DNA of 63,648 nt, the filler included, from Octopus bimaculoides (Eukaryota): the NCBI RefSeq assembly GCF_001194135.2. It is 5 parts of 5 records of this genome, joined end to end, with 100 filler letters (N's around TTAATTAATTAA, not from the genome) between each part and the next. Parts side by side here need not be neighbours in the genome. Positions count along the whole stretch, not along the records: positions 13,736 to 31,813 come from NC_068983.1; positions 31,914 to 59,991 come from NC_068995.1; 3 more parts are not named here. The stretch is one strand, 5' to 3'. Below, piece by piece: positions 25,150-36,845 of the stretch. How positions within the stretch are numbered: the stretch's first letter is position 1; the number at the start of each line of letters is the position of its first letter. A model generated the notes under the pieces. The model did no database searches. It was given only the letters and a program-made list of their open reading frames with translations, and was not told the DNA's origin. Both the position numbers and the translations under genes were made by a program.

Positions 25150-27900
25150 TAGATAAAAGGAAGTACATCCAATGTGGATATTACTTCAATCTGTTATATC
25201 TTAACAATAGAATCAGAGTTGTTTGGAGAGGACAAATTCAGAGGTAATGAGGACCATTTGTTCTAAATGAGAAAAAAAGACATGAAAACATTACTGAGAG
25301 ATGTCCCTAAATAAAGAATATGGACTATATATCAAGGGAACTAACAATAAATGTAATCATTTATAATCAGAGTAAAGGAGCTGCAAGTTTTTTAAGGAGT
25401 TGTCCATAAATATTTTACTTTTCTCTGATCTTGGAAGAGATATTTTCATGACTGACATGATTTTTTTTTTATTTCTCAAAGCACTATAACACACGTTATG
25501 CTTGCACTTGATAGAAATTTTGATGGAAATGTTCCACAAATATACCTTGTGTTGATTGGTAAGTATACATTTAAGAGCAGAGATGTTTATCTTTATCCCA
25601 GAGCTGTCTTTTCTGTGGATGGCATTGTTTATTGTTTTAACAACATCATGTCACATTGGGAGATAGTACCTGATGACATTTTGGAGTAGCTGCTGATTAT
25701 ATCTACAATGTCAACTACAGAAGAGTAACATAATTGGCATTTGTAGTTGCATTTTGGGAGTTTAAATGCTTCATTTGTTCATTAGACATTTCAAAGCCAT
25801 CTCCTACTTTGGAATGGTAAAAGCATAACTTCGAAATGTGATATGATGTAACAGTCACATAGCCAAAGAGGCAACACTTCATGTTAATATTATCTTCCTC
25901 CTCAAAATATATGGGAAACATTCCCATGAATAACCCTTTTGTGGTATGAAGTATTTCTCTTCCAAGACTTTGTTGAGTTGAGTCCAGTACTTCTAGGTTC
26001 ACACAGGTGCTCATAAAGGAGTGTTTCGTGAGGAGTTCACTAGTGATTTGCAGGATGTTATTCATTTCATGTTTGAACACATTGTTGGTGCATTTATTCT
26101 TTCTTCTGTTTAGCAGATGCTGTCTGAGTGATAGAATACAAAGGTTATCTGACACTCCTTCCTATTTTCCTTCTGAGATACTTGATGTCAGGATTTTGTG
26201 GGTTTCAATGTCTATAGGACAGATTTCCAGTCAATTATTTCAAATTTCGGTATTAGTATTGGTACTACAAATGTACTGTTGAATTGTTGTCTTGTTGTAA
26301 CAGAAAACTGACTGTTATATCTTTTTTTTTTCTAGTTTAGTATATCCTTTGGTTACTCTTTGTTTGCAGCATCTTCGTATCATATGTTTTCATCATTTCC
26401 TAGATATTTGTAACACTCATTGTGTGGAGGAAGGAAGATAGACACACTATTGATACAAAGATTTGGAGTTTGGAGAATGATCTTTAGATCATCCAATAAG
26501 TTGTGGGTAACATTAGTGTATGTCATTGTTGCTGACCCTAGGACATAGCCAGTGAATTTTCATATAAAAACAATAGATTTAAGGCCAAAATAAACAGAGG
26601 TGCAGACAGACTGTCACCTTGGGATGAAGTAAAACATTAGAGACAATCATTCCATTTTCAGTGACAAAGATTGTAAACCAGGTCTTCATGAGCATATAAG
26701 AGGAATATTTGGCAGAGTCCCAATCACCAACTTACTGCATAGGAATCAAACCCAGATAACTTTCTTCAGATTTAAAAATAACAATAAACAGGATGCTATC
26801 AAAGATTGATGTCAGCAAGCAACTAATCCACTTAAATCTGAAAAACACATGAAAATTTTGTTTTTTATCAGTAACTACTTGGCCCCAAAAATTACCAGGG
26901 ACTCACCAGTTGTGACACATTAAATCCCAGTGTTGCAAACAAACATCTAGGATTGTCATTAACAATTTCGTCTTTGGCATCCTTTTCCTTGAAAGACATT
27001 AGCTATATAATGCATGTTTGCTTTTTGCTAGTTTGATGGTGTCTAAGCCAAGAACATTACTGCAGGCATTTATGACACTCATCAGCATCTATGGAATGCC
27101 ATGATGACAATGACAACAACAGTGACCATGACAGCTTAAGCCAGCTAGCTGTTAAAATCTACACCACTCATAGCTACTATCCTTGTTAAAACACAACATC
27201 TCACACAAACTACTAAACTTAGATTAAATATCTTCTTCTCTGTTGTTCATTGTAATGACATTTTGTTAATGATAAATAAATATTTTGTTCTAAGAAATTC
27301 ACACAGACTTCTTGTTCTCCCATCTCTCAGCTCAACCAAAACATATCTTCATTACACTGGTGACAAACAAATCAAAATATAACTATCTTGCAAGTATTTC
27401 AATGGCAGTAGCTGAAACACCTAGTTGTGAATTCAATAGCCATGAGTGAGGAATGAAGTCAAATAACTTTTTATAATAAACCATACTGTCACAAAGTTTC
27501 TAGTGTTTTCTTACTTCAGATAGCATAACTAACCAAAATCTGTTTGATGCATCCACACACTTCTTTCTTTCCGCCTGCTCTTCAATGGTTATATCATTAG
27601 ACTGGGAATGGTCTTGGAAGAATTGACTCAGACTGCTTACATAGGCAAGACAGTAGTTTCATTCTTGGCCACAAAGTTTGGTTGTGTCGAGACAAATTAG
27701 TTTGGTATTTCAATCTAGCCTTCCATAGTTTTTGAAATATATGCGTATGTGGCTTTCTGTAAACATTCAGTGTTTTGCACCAGTACCCAACTATGAGGTC
27801 TCTTCCCAATGCCTTCCTGTTATGTAGCTTTTACACAGCATTAGTGAAAGTTTCAATATCAATTGTATAGGTTTAACTGCTGATGCTAGTGCAACATTCT
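25150..27900 (-). mobile_element. RLE-type LINE (R4/Dong-like), RT to endonuclease, heavily decayed
   Basis: LHNRKALGRDLIVGYWCK, EEQAERKK, YKKLFDFIPHSWLL, QGDSLSAPLFILALN, THNLLDDLK, YKYLGNDENI, FVVPILIP, KMSS.YYLPM*HDVV, YLWNISIK; collinear with 39335-41430. Confidence 0.8.
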
Positions 27901-27923
27901 TGAGTTATTGTGTCTATCTTGCA

Positions 27924-28275
27924 TTCACCAGATTTAAATCCAATCAAAAACCTCTGGAGCATATGCCAATAGTGGCTCCTCTTCTCAGCATAAATTCCAC
28001 CAGATTTTGGCACATTTCCTTAATTTCATCATCTCTGTATCACACTTAGATAAAAGATTGAATGATTTCTTGTTTCATTTGAGGTCATAGTGTTTTTATG
28101 CACTTTTTGCATATACTCCAGAGGTTTTCAATTGGATTTAAGTCTGATGAAAACAGACCAATTAAACAGTGTTAAACTATGTTGATGAAAGGAATCTGCT
28201 GAATGCTTGTTGACAGGAACTGGTGTATTATGTTGCTGAAAAATGCCACTACAATTTGGAAACCAGACATTTAAT
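27924..28275 (-). mobile_element. Tc1/mariner transposase C-terminal remnant with inverted 43-bp duplicate
   Basis: FPNCSGIFQQHNTP..SDLNPIENLWSICKK..EMCQNLVEFM on minus; SPDLNPIKNLWS on plus at 27924-27966. Confidence 0.8.
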
Positions 28276-29336
28276 TGTAGCACAACAGTTCAACAAAGCA
28301 TAAAACACAGTTTCCTTTTCACAGCCACCGCACTTCAGTAGGGTATGAGAGTTTAGTATGGTCCTCATCATTTCTCAGACAGAGTTGATGGAAAATTCGA
28401 TCAGACAAGGGACTGGACTTCAATTTGTTCACAGTTTTGATAACTAACTGTAGCACATCATTCAACCTACCATTCATATTTTTTGCCACTAAATGCTGCT
28501 GGTGTGCCAAGCATTGAACAGTTAGTATCTGGTGGGAAATTTCACATCTTAGGAGAGATGAAAAACCTCTGTCTCCTCCTATCATAGAAGGAGCTCCATC
28601 AGATGCATAGGCAAGAATATTACTGAGTGGAATATTATGTTCAAAAAGGAAAGACTTGAGAGTGTGAAAAATAGTTGCACCTCTTGAATCAAGCAGAAAT
28701 TTCTCTGTGAACAGCATTTCCTCACAAGGTTGAAAGTCTTTGCTGAAATATCGAACTATACCATCATCTAACATTGATTGTCCACAACAGTTGATTCATC
28801 CAATTGTATAGAAAATTCGGGATGCTGGAGAATATTAATGAGCTGATATTTGACATTGTTGGCCATTTTATCGATGCTTGAAGAAATTGTGTTATTACTA
28901 AATGGGATCTTCATAATGTTATCAGGATTTTCGTGCTTAATGGTTGACAAAACCTCTTTGATAACTGGGCAAAGTAATGTTTCTCCAACTGTGTGAAACT
29001 TTCCAGACTTAGCAACAAGCAATGGAATGTTGTACAATGCAATCAACCCATCATTCTCTTGTTTACTAGTTTCCTGGAGTAGTGTGTTGAATGTTTGTAT
29101 TTACTTTTTGAAAGAAGTGCTCATTTGCAAAAAGTATGATAACGACTTGTCCTTCTCAAAATGCTTTGCATCAAAATGATACTTCAAGCGTGAAAGTTTC
29201 ATTTCTTCATTGGTCAATGTTTGATGGCAAAGAAGGCACATTGGTAACTGACAGTTCTAAGGGAAGGGAATAAATCCAAACGATAAATAATCACCACTGT
29301 ACTGTCAACAAATTTTCTTGACTGGAGGCATCATTA
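28270..29336 (-). mobile_element. hAT (Buster/ZBED8/SCAND3-like) transposase pseudogene, 5' half
   Basis: MPPVKKIC*QYS..PMCLLC, AKSGKFHTVGETL, FSIQLDEST, ASDGAPSMIG, HQQHLVAK, TEVRWL. Confidence 0.9.
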
Positions 29337-29399
29337 AAGTGAAAACAAATTTCTACAGATGGTGTCAGAAAGGAAGTATGGTATTCCCAAAGATAAGAA

Positions 29400-30135
29400 G
29401 TCAATAGAGCAGAGTCAGATGACACATTTTTACTGGAGCAAATACAGATCTAGTTCATTTGGCTGTCAGCATTTCAAAAATTAAAGTTTATTGAAAATTT
29501 TAAAATTTGGCACATTAATGTACCTTTCCAAGCTAAATTGCTGGAGTTTTTCAACTTCTTCTAGAAAAATGTTTTTAAAAAGTTATAGCGGTTNNNNNNN
29601 NNNNNNNNNNNNNNNNNNNNNNNNNNNNNNNNNNNNNNNNNNNNNNNNNNNNNNNNNNNNNNNNNNNNNNNNNNNNNNNNNNNNNNNNNNNNNNNNNNNN
29701 NTGCACATTTTGTCAACATCCTGAAAATAGCACTTATGTTTTGATATGAAACCACAAAATTGCGCCCGACATATAACCCCTCATAACTTTTTTATTTTTT
29801 TGAGTTTTCAGGAAATTTTTGCGAATTTGAATTCTACGCGTGGGACCTCATACGATTATGCAAAAGAAAAAATTGTTGTGGAGTGTGATTTAAGGCGTAG
29901 GCCTATTTGGCTGCTATTTTTAGCACGCATGATAACCATCTCAATGACTGCGACAAAAATATTCAATTGATAAACAAGTCCGCGTTTTTAATACTCTTGC
30001 AAATAGTCAAATCGATAAAAGTGCATACTTATTCTAGGCATACCTAAATATCAGTAAATGCTGACTAAATTTTCATATTGCCCACTATTTTCTAGAAATT
30101 TGCCCACTGCCCACTTTGGGAAGCTGTGCCTTAAA
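29400..30135 (-). mobile_element. Probable hAT 5' sub-terminal region or nested non-autonomous DNA element
   Basis: cacagcttcccaaagtggg (minus, about 30112-30130) resembles a Buster TIR; contains an N gap. Confidence 0.35.
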
Positions 30136-30242
30136 GTCAGGCTGGAGTGGCAATACCAGCAGTATAGATACATATGTAAAATATCACTCATCAGTTGGCT
30201 TGTCTAACATACACTGCTCATACGAGAATGAATTTTTGTGAT

Positions 30243-30871
30243 TACTCTTTTACTTTTTTACTTGTTTCTGTCATTTGACTGTGACCATGCTGGAGCACCG
30301 CCTTTAGTCAAGCAAATCGACCCCAGGACTTATTCTTTGTAAGTCTAGTACTTATTCTATCCGTCTCTTTTNNNNNNNNNNTATGTACATACATACATAC
30401 ATACATACATACATACACACATACATACGCACGCATACATACATACATACATACATACATGCATGCATACATACATACACACGTACGTACATACATTCAA
30501 CATATATTCTTTCATTTGTTTCAGCCATTTGACTGCGGTCATGCTGGAGCACCGCCTTTAGCCGAACAAAACCAACCTCAAGACTTATTCTAGTACACAT
30601 ATTCTATCGGGCTTATTTGCCGAACCGCTAAATTACGGGGACATAAACATACCAGCATCAGTTGTCAAGCGCTGGTGAGGCGATACACACATATACATAT
30701 ATATATACGACGGGCTTCCTTCAGTTTCCATCTACCAAATCCACTCACAAGGCTTTGGTTGGCCCGAGGCTATAGTAGAAGATACTTGCTCAAGATGCCA
30801 CGCAGTGGGACTGAACCAGGAACCATGCGGCTTGTAAGCAAGCTACTTACCACACAGCCACTCCTACACCT
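30243..30871 (-). mobile_element. SINE family 1, full-length copy plus duplicated tail and (ACAT)n
   Basis: Head with A/B-box-like tggctgtgtgg and ggttcagtcc; tail present twice (30243-30370, 30510-30670). Confidence 0.85.
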
Positions 30872-31564
30872 ATATTGCGTATATTTAACAAAATTTTTAT
30901 GATACTTTCGTTTATTTACTAATTTAACAAAGTATAATTTATACACTTCACTGAGTGGTCATATACAGTTATTCAGATTACTGTCTAGCATAGATAATTT
31001 TCCTCTGGGGTTAGGATAGGCTTATGGAAAATGCAACCTTTGGCCTCCAGGATGCATGGTAGATTTTCAAGACTTATTTTAGGAAAAAAGTAGCATCTTT
31101 GATGCCGGAAAATATGGTGCTTTGAGGGATTTTGATTGAAATTTGCTTCATATGATGAAGATCATGTTCATCAGCAGGAGATTGTAGCCACCACAATGTT
31201 TATATTAAGTGTTTACAGTTCTTGTACTTTTGCATTGACAAATAATTTGTTTGTGCAACACAACGTTAGTTCATTTCTATGTAGTTTATAATCTTGATGA
31301 ATTAGCAAGGCATTTTCAAGAGACTATAATTTTGGCTTGTTTCTCTTCACGGTTCATTTTTCTGCTAGTATCATCAAATTAAGTTAAAAATTAGATTTCA
31401 CTTTGTCATGTGCTAAATATGCTTGTTATCACTTTTAAAAATATTTTTTACATATCATGTGAAATTTACAAAAACAAAAGAAACATATCATTGATTAAAA
31501 TTTTTTTTCATGCAAACTTGTTGTCATGCCCTATATGTAAAGATTAAAAAACTAAATATTTCAG

Positions 31565-31727
31565 TACATTATTTACATTTGATGGACATTTGTCCTCATC
31601 TTGTTTGTTGTTAACACAACGTTTCGGCTGATATATCCTCCAGCTTTCATCAGGCGTCTTGGGGAAATTTCAAACCCCTGGGTTCTCATTCCTAAGGTAT
31701 TTTTCGATGTTGTTGTGACCTGAATAA
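31565..31727 (-). mobile_element. 3' half of tRNA-hammerhead repeat (copy B)
   Basis: Matches copies A, C and D; ends in an inverted stub gtgacctgaataat. Confidence 0.85.
31613..31658 (-). ncRNA. Minimal type-I hammerhead ribozyme, intact core
   Basis: GACGC CUGAUGA A AGCUG gaggaUAUAU CAGCC GAAAC GUU GUGUU. Confidence 0.65.
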
Positions 31728-31813
31728 TCATCATCATCATCATCATCGTTTAACGTCCGCTTTCCATGCTAGCATGGGTTGGACGATTTGACTGAGGACT
31801 GGTGAAACCGGAT
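31728..31813 (-). mobile_element. RTE LINE 3' tail fragment with (GAT)n
   Basis: Reverse complement of 21809-21870. Confidence 0.85.
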
Positions 31814-31913
31814 NNNNNNNNNNNNNNNNNNNNNNNNNNNNNNNNNNNNNNNNNNNNTTAATTAATTAANNNNNNNNNNNNNNNNNNNNNNNNNNNNNNN
31901 NNNNNNNNNNNNN
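31814..31913. other. Artificial contig-joining spacer
   Basis: 44 N + TTAATTAATTAA + 44 N. Confidence 0.9.
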
Positions 31914-31960
31914 AATATGAAATGGTATCAAAATTTCCATAAATCTACTAAGTGGATACA

Positions 31961-32009
<49 letters not shown>

Positions 32010-32013
<4 letters not shown>

Positions 32014-32930
32014 TATAATGGAACAAGAACGTAACAGGCGACAACAAGACATCCGGATAGACGATACAAAGAAGGACAGGAAAAAACAACGATGAGTCAT
32101 TCAGAGCTTTCTATCGCCAGTCGAGTTCCAGATCCTCCCTGTTGTTTTGGCCGGTTACACTAGATATTTAGGAAGAAATCAAGCGAATGTATATGAAAAC
32201 AGGGACGAAAAAAAAAAACGGAGAAATGGTACACAATTACAAATACAAACAACAAGACATTTAGAACAGGTGTTTTTCGACTAAGGACGAACTAAATTAA
32301 GCTAGCGTGTGTGGAGTGAAGCCTTACGACAGGTAGTAAGGGATGAAAGTCATGGGAAGGAATATAAGAGATGCTACACGGATGGCAGTCGAACCAAGAA
32401 AGAAAGGTCAGATTTGGTGGAACACCGGTCATATGGAAGGAGAGGAGCGAGGTAGGGGGCAGAGGAATTGAAGAATTAGGGAGGGACGAGAAAGAGAGAA
32501 AAGAGAGGAAAGGAACACAGAGTAAGGTAGAAGGGAGGTAAAAGTGGAGGGAAAGCAATGAGAATGAAGGATAGGCCAAGAAATGTTTGAGAGGGGGTAG
32601 CGAGAAAAAGAAAAGTGGAAAGAATGAACGAAATCTGAAGGAGGATAAAAGAAAGAGTAAAAGAGTAAGAAAGTCGTACAAAATTTAAAGATATATATAT
32701 ATACATATATATATATATGTATATATATACATACTCACATACAGGAGACCAAAAGTGTACGTACGCCACTATATGTATATATTAAAGATAAACAAAAAAA
32801 TGGAACAACAACGTAACAGGCGATAACAAAATATCCGAACAGTTAGACGATACAAAGAAGGACAGGAAAAACACAAGGATGGGTCATTCAGAACATTCTA
32901 TCGTTAGTCGAGTTCAGGATCATTAAAGAA
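32010..32930. repeat. Unclassified element with ~120-bp direct repeats
   Basis: aatggaacaa.aacgtaacaggcga..tagacgatacaaagaaggacaggaaaaa..gtcattcaga..gtcgagttc at about 32015-32130 and 32798-32918. Confidence 0.7.
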
Positions 32931-33114
32931 AGGACATACAAAGTATGTCTCCCTGCTGGAAATAAAAGTCAAAACTCTTATTTATATCGCCAACATACAG
33001 TGACAAGTAATATAGAAATCAACCATTCGAAGGCAAACGGACGAAGACAATCTCTCAGCATGCATTCAAGTATTTGGACTCACGTGGACCGGCNNNNNNN
33101 NNNATATATATATA

Positions 33115-33337
33115 CTTTTATTCTCTTATTCTTTACTTGTTTCAGTCATTTGAGTGCGGCTATGCTGGTGCGCCACCTTTAGTCGAACAAATCGACATTA
33201 GGACTTATTCTTTGTAAGCGTACTTCTTATTCTTTCGGTCTCTTTTGCCGAAACGCTAAGGCACGGGAACGTAAACACAACAATTTCGGTTGTCAAGCGA
33301 CAGTGACAGGACAAGCGCAGACACACAAGCATACACA

Positions 33338-33374
<37 letters not shown>
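33115..33374 (-). mobile_element. SINE family 1 tail running into (CA)n and N gap
   Basis: cttgtttcagtcatttgagtgcggctatgctgg..gtcgaacaaatcgac. Confidence 0.8.
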
Positions 33375-35369
33375 NNNNNNNNNNNNNNNNNNNNNNNNNN
33401 NNNNNNNNNNNNNNNNNNNNNNNNNNNNNNNNNNNNNNNNNNNNNNNNNNNNNNNNNNNNNNNNNNNNNNNNNNNNNNNNNNNNNNNNNNNNNNNNNNNN
33501 NNNNNNNNNNNNNNNNNNNNNNNNNNNNNNNNNNNNNNNNNNNNNNNNNNNNNNNNNNNNNNNNNNNNNNNNNNNNNNNNNNNNNNNNNNNNNNNNNNNN
33601 NNNNNNNNNNNNNNNNNNNNNNNNNNNNNNNNNNNNNNNNNNNNNNNNNNNNNNNNNNNNNNNNNNNNNNNNNNNNNNNNNNNNNNNNNNNNNNNNNNNN
33701 NNNNNNNNNNNNNNNNNNNNNNNNNNNNNNNNNNNNNNNNNNNNNNNNNNNNNNNNNNNNNNNNNNNNNNNNNNNNNNNNNNNNNNNNNNNNNNNNNNNN
33801 NNNNNNNNNNNNNNNNNNNNNNNNNNNNNNNNNNNNNNNNNNNNNNNNNNNNNNNNNNNNNNNNNNNNNNNNNNNNNNNNNNNNNNNNNNNNNNNNNNNN
33901 NNNNNNNNNNNNNNNNNNNNNNNNNNNNNNNNNNNNNNNNNNNNNNNNNNNNNNNNNNNNNNNNNNNNNNNNNNNNNNNNNNNNNNNNNNNNNNNNNNNN
34001 NNNNNNNNNNNNNNNNNNNNNNNNNNNNNNNNNNNNNNNNNNNNNNNNNNNNTATATATATATATGTCAAGATATATATATTATACATGTATCTACTAAG
34101 GTCTTTTTCAGTCAAATGCTTTGGCTGTACCTCACTGGTTCTGTATACAAACAAGCAGCTCCTTCTTCTTTGTGTGGAGAGCAGTATTCTTTCTTACTTT
34201 GTGTCGTGATTGTAGATTTTAGACGCTTATTTCCATCTCGATCGATTCGATGCGGTGGTTGCACTAAATTGTTTTCTCCTGATGTCAATATTGACATTTT
34301 GGTGTTTGCATCTGATGTCGCTAAATTTCTTACGCTACTTTGTTGTTTCTTACGCTGTATGCTGGATATAAAAATATCTTTAAAAGATATGTATTCAATC
34401 AGTCCCTGGTTTCTAATTATAACGTTATCTCAAGTTTTCACTGCTAAACATACACACAAAATATATACGCTATGGGCATGCATGTGTAAATCTAAGTGAG
34501 TTTGAATGTGTTTGTGTGTGTGTGTTTGTGTAATGAAACATATATACAAATATATGTAACTGGAACGCATGCACCTAATGGAGTAAGGAGAGCAATACAT
34601 TCGATCAATAAAACGTCGTGTTTCGAAAGCTCTCTTCCCTTCTGAGTTTTCTTTCCCTTAACATTTGTCAAGAAAGGACTAGAATTCTTCGAAGCCACCA
34701 TTGAAGGAACAGTTAAGAAAATGTAACTTATTTTTGAGTTGTTATCCGTTCGTTTGAGCACGTGCTCGAACAAATATATTGAAATACTTTTCATCCTTCT
34801 TCTTCACGTCTTTTTATTGTCCGGGACTTTGTTGTCTGCTATGTCATTTTTATTTTAAAATCGGTCCTGTGGATTGCTAGAAGTCCTGTGGATTGCTAGA
34901 AGCAAATAAGATTACGATCTGGCGTGTATTAAAAGTAACGAAGTGTTATTTTATGCAAGAATAAATTTATCTCTCCCAACTGACTTAGTGTCAAATAATA
35001 TACCAGTTTTTTGTGCGAAACAATGATCAATCACAGGAGAAATCCATTACCAAACAGTGTACTTCTTATGTGGTGCTCAGGCCTAATAAGCAAGCTTGTT
35101 TTAGATAGCAAGTCACTCAATCACCCGGGATATCAGTGATGGAGTACAAACCGCGTGGGATTTTTCTAGTAATGTGTAACCCACTATGGATATTTGGATA
35201 AGTATGTTCATCAGTTGTAACCCCCCCCCCCCTTTGGTTCCAATAATCTTGCATAGACAACAATGTATTTCATATCTCGTTGAGTATTGCCCAATTTTTC
35301 TTGATTTGGAAGAATTCCAAGATAAAATTCACAAATTTGAAACGACATTAGCAAATTTTTCATTCTCAA

Positions 35370-36845
35370 CACAAGAACAATGGGACCAACCAGAAATGTT
35401 TGATCTGTAAGGGAATGCTCTTAAAAAGATGAAGTTGGATTCATCAAGGGCATTAGAAGAAATGAACCTAAAGATCGTTGAAGCTTCTTATGTTGTAGCA
35501 ACGGAGGCAGCAAAATCGAAAAAAATAACACACAAGTCTGAAGCTTGTATCAAACCTTGTAGGGAAATGGATTGGAGAAAAAATTACTGTCTTCTCAATA
35601 TCGAGTACTTTTCGAAGAAGGATGAGCAACGAAGCTATGGGCATCAAGGATAAGCAACATTTAGCGTATTTAAAATAAAAATAATACTGAAGGGTCGGTG
35701 ATGTGGCATCGTCTTCCCAGCTGCTAGTGTTTGCAAGATATGGTCGCTCTGGTTCATTTAGTTATGTTGGGGACCAAAAGCTGGAGTTTAATTTTGTGTG
35801 AAAAAGCGGGTAGCAAAAGTGAAAGGCTTTCATTTTATGATCTATCTAGGCTCTGGTGACAAAATCACGACTAAATCCATTGCTCAAGACTTTCTTAGAT
35901 GTTATGTCTTCAATCTCTTCCTTTTCATAAAAAAAATATTCGATGGCTTTCGAAAGGAAGTGTAGCTGAGCAAATATATGAGCTCATAGATGAGCTCAAA
36001 TTATTTTTCGAAGTTCAGTGTAAGATGGAATGAATGTTTTATCTGGTGGGCGGATAAAGAATGGATCACGTGCCTTGCCTGTTTGGTTGATATTTATAAG
36101 CATTTGAATAAACGAATCTTTAAAAGCAAGGAAGGAATACAAGCATCGTAAAATTCATGGATTCCTTGAAGACCTTCATTTGTAAGCTGAAAAATTATGA
36201 GAGAAATGTCAATATTAGAAATGTTGCAATGTTTGAGAAGATTTCATCAATCCTTACAGCTAGTGCTGAAGAACAAAACCTTTTATATGATTATGAGTTG
36301 GATCTCGTGCAAAATTTATTCAAATTGTCTGTTGAGTGAGTTTCTGATAAATGTCAAGGCAAATTCCTAGAGTTAAGGACTGTTTCGAGTGCAAAAAATA
36401 TATTTCACGAGAAGCCAATTACAGAATGTTGGTCCTTCTTACGAAGTAGATTAGAGTTTGAAAATAAATTGCATCGTGTTCTTATAGGCCTTCCTCCGCT
36501 TCAGAATTTACGAAACAAAAATACAAAACAATCACAGGTCTCTCATGGGTGATTATATTTACTGATATACGCTTCGGTTAACTTTAGTTTGTTATACAAT
36601 TTGGTATGAATATGTGAAAATGACTTCACGTTTTTCAGGAATTAAAATCTATTAACGTTTTCTATTGCTACAAATTTGTCAATTTGAACTATGAAAATAA
36701 TCTAAGTGAATGCATATGTAATGAATAAGTTACTTTTAATGTCTTATGCATCGTATATAGGAAGAATCTCTTGAGACTGATATCCTTAAACAGGGACATA
36801 TAGTGGAAGGGGGCATGGGATCAAAAAGGGGGAGATTCACTGCTA
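35370..36845 (+). mobile_element. hAT (Buster/FAM200/ZBED8-like) transposase pseudogene with internal deletion
   Basis: VEASYVVATEAAKSKK..IKPC, CLACLVDIYKHLN, KFMDSLKTFICKLKNY..NVAMFEK; TIR-like aaaaagggggagattcactg at about 36823-36843. Confidence 0.75.

Noticed and set aside
18157-25558. Plus-strand micro-exon chain (18157-18185, 24287-24338, 25515-25558)
   Set aside because: The first has an in-frame stop after its ATG, the third lies inside an antisense LINE, and no recognisable protein results.
25715-26155. 146-aa ORF as a novel gene
   Set aside because: Collinear with the C-terminal region of the LINE at 40300-40750.
27585-27700. GIY-YIG-like YIGKT on the plus strand
   Set aside because: It is the antisense reading of the LINE RT on the minus strand.
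31082-31140. Possible terminal exon EKSSIFDAGKYGALRDFD* with ATTAAA near 31544
   Set aside because: Weak acceptor, no upstream in-phase exon found, and the contig ends shortly after.
17000-31600. Box C/D snoRNAs in a putative host gene
   Set aside because: RTGATGA occurrences lack suitably spaced CTGA and terminal stems on manual inspection.
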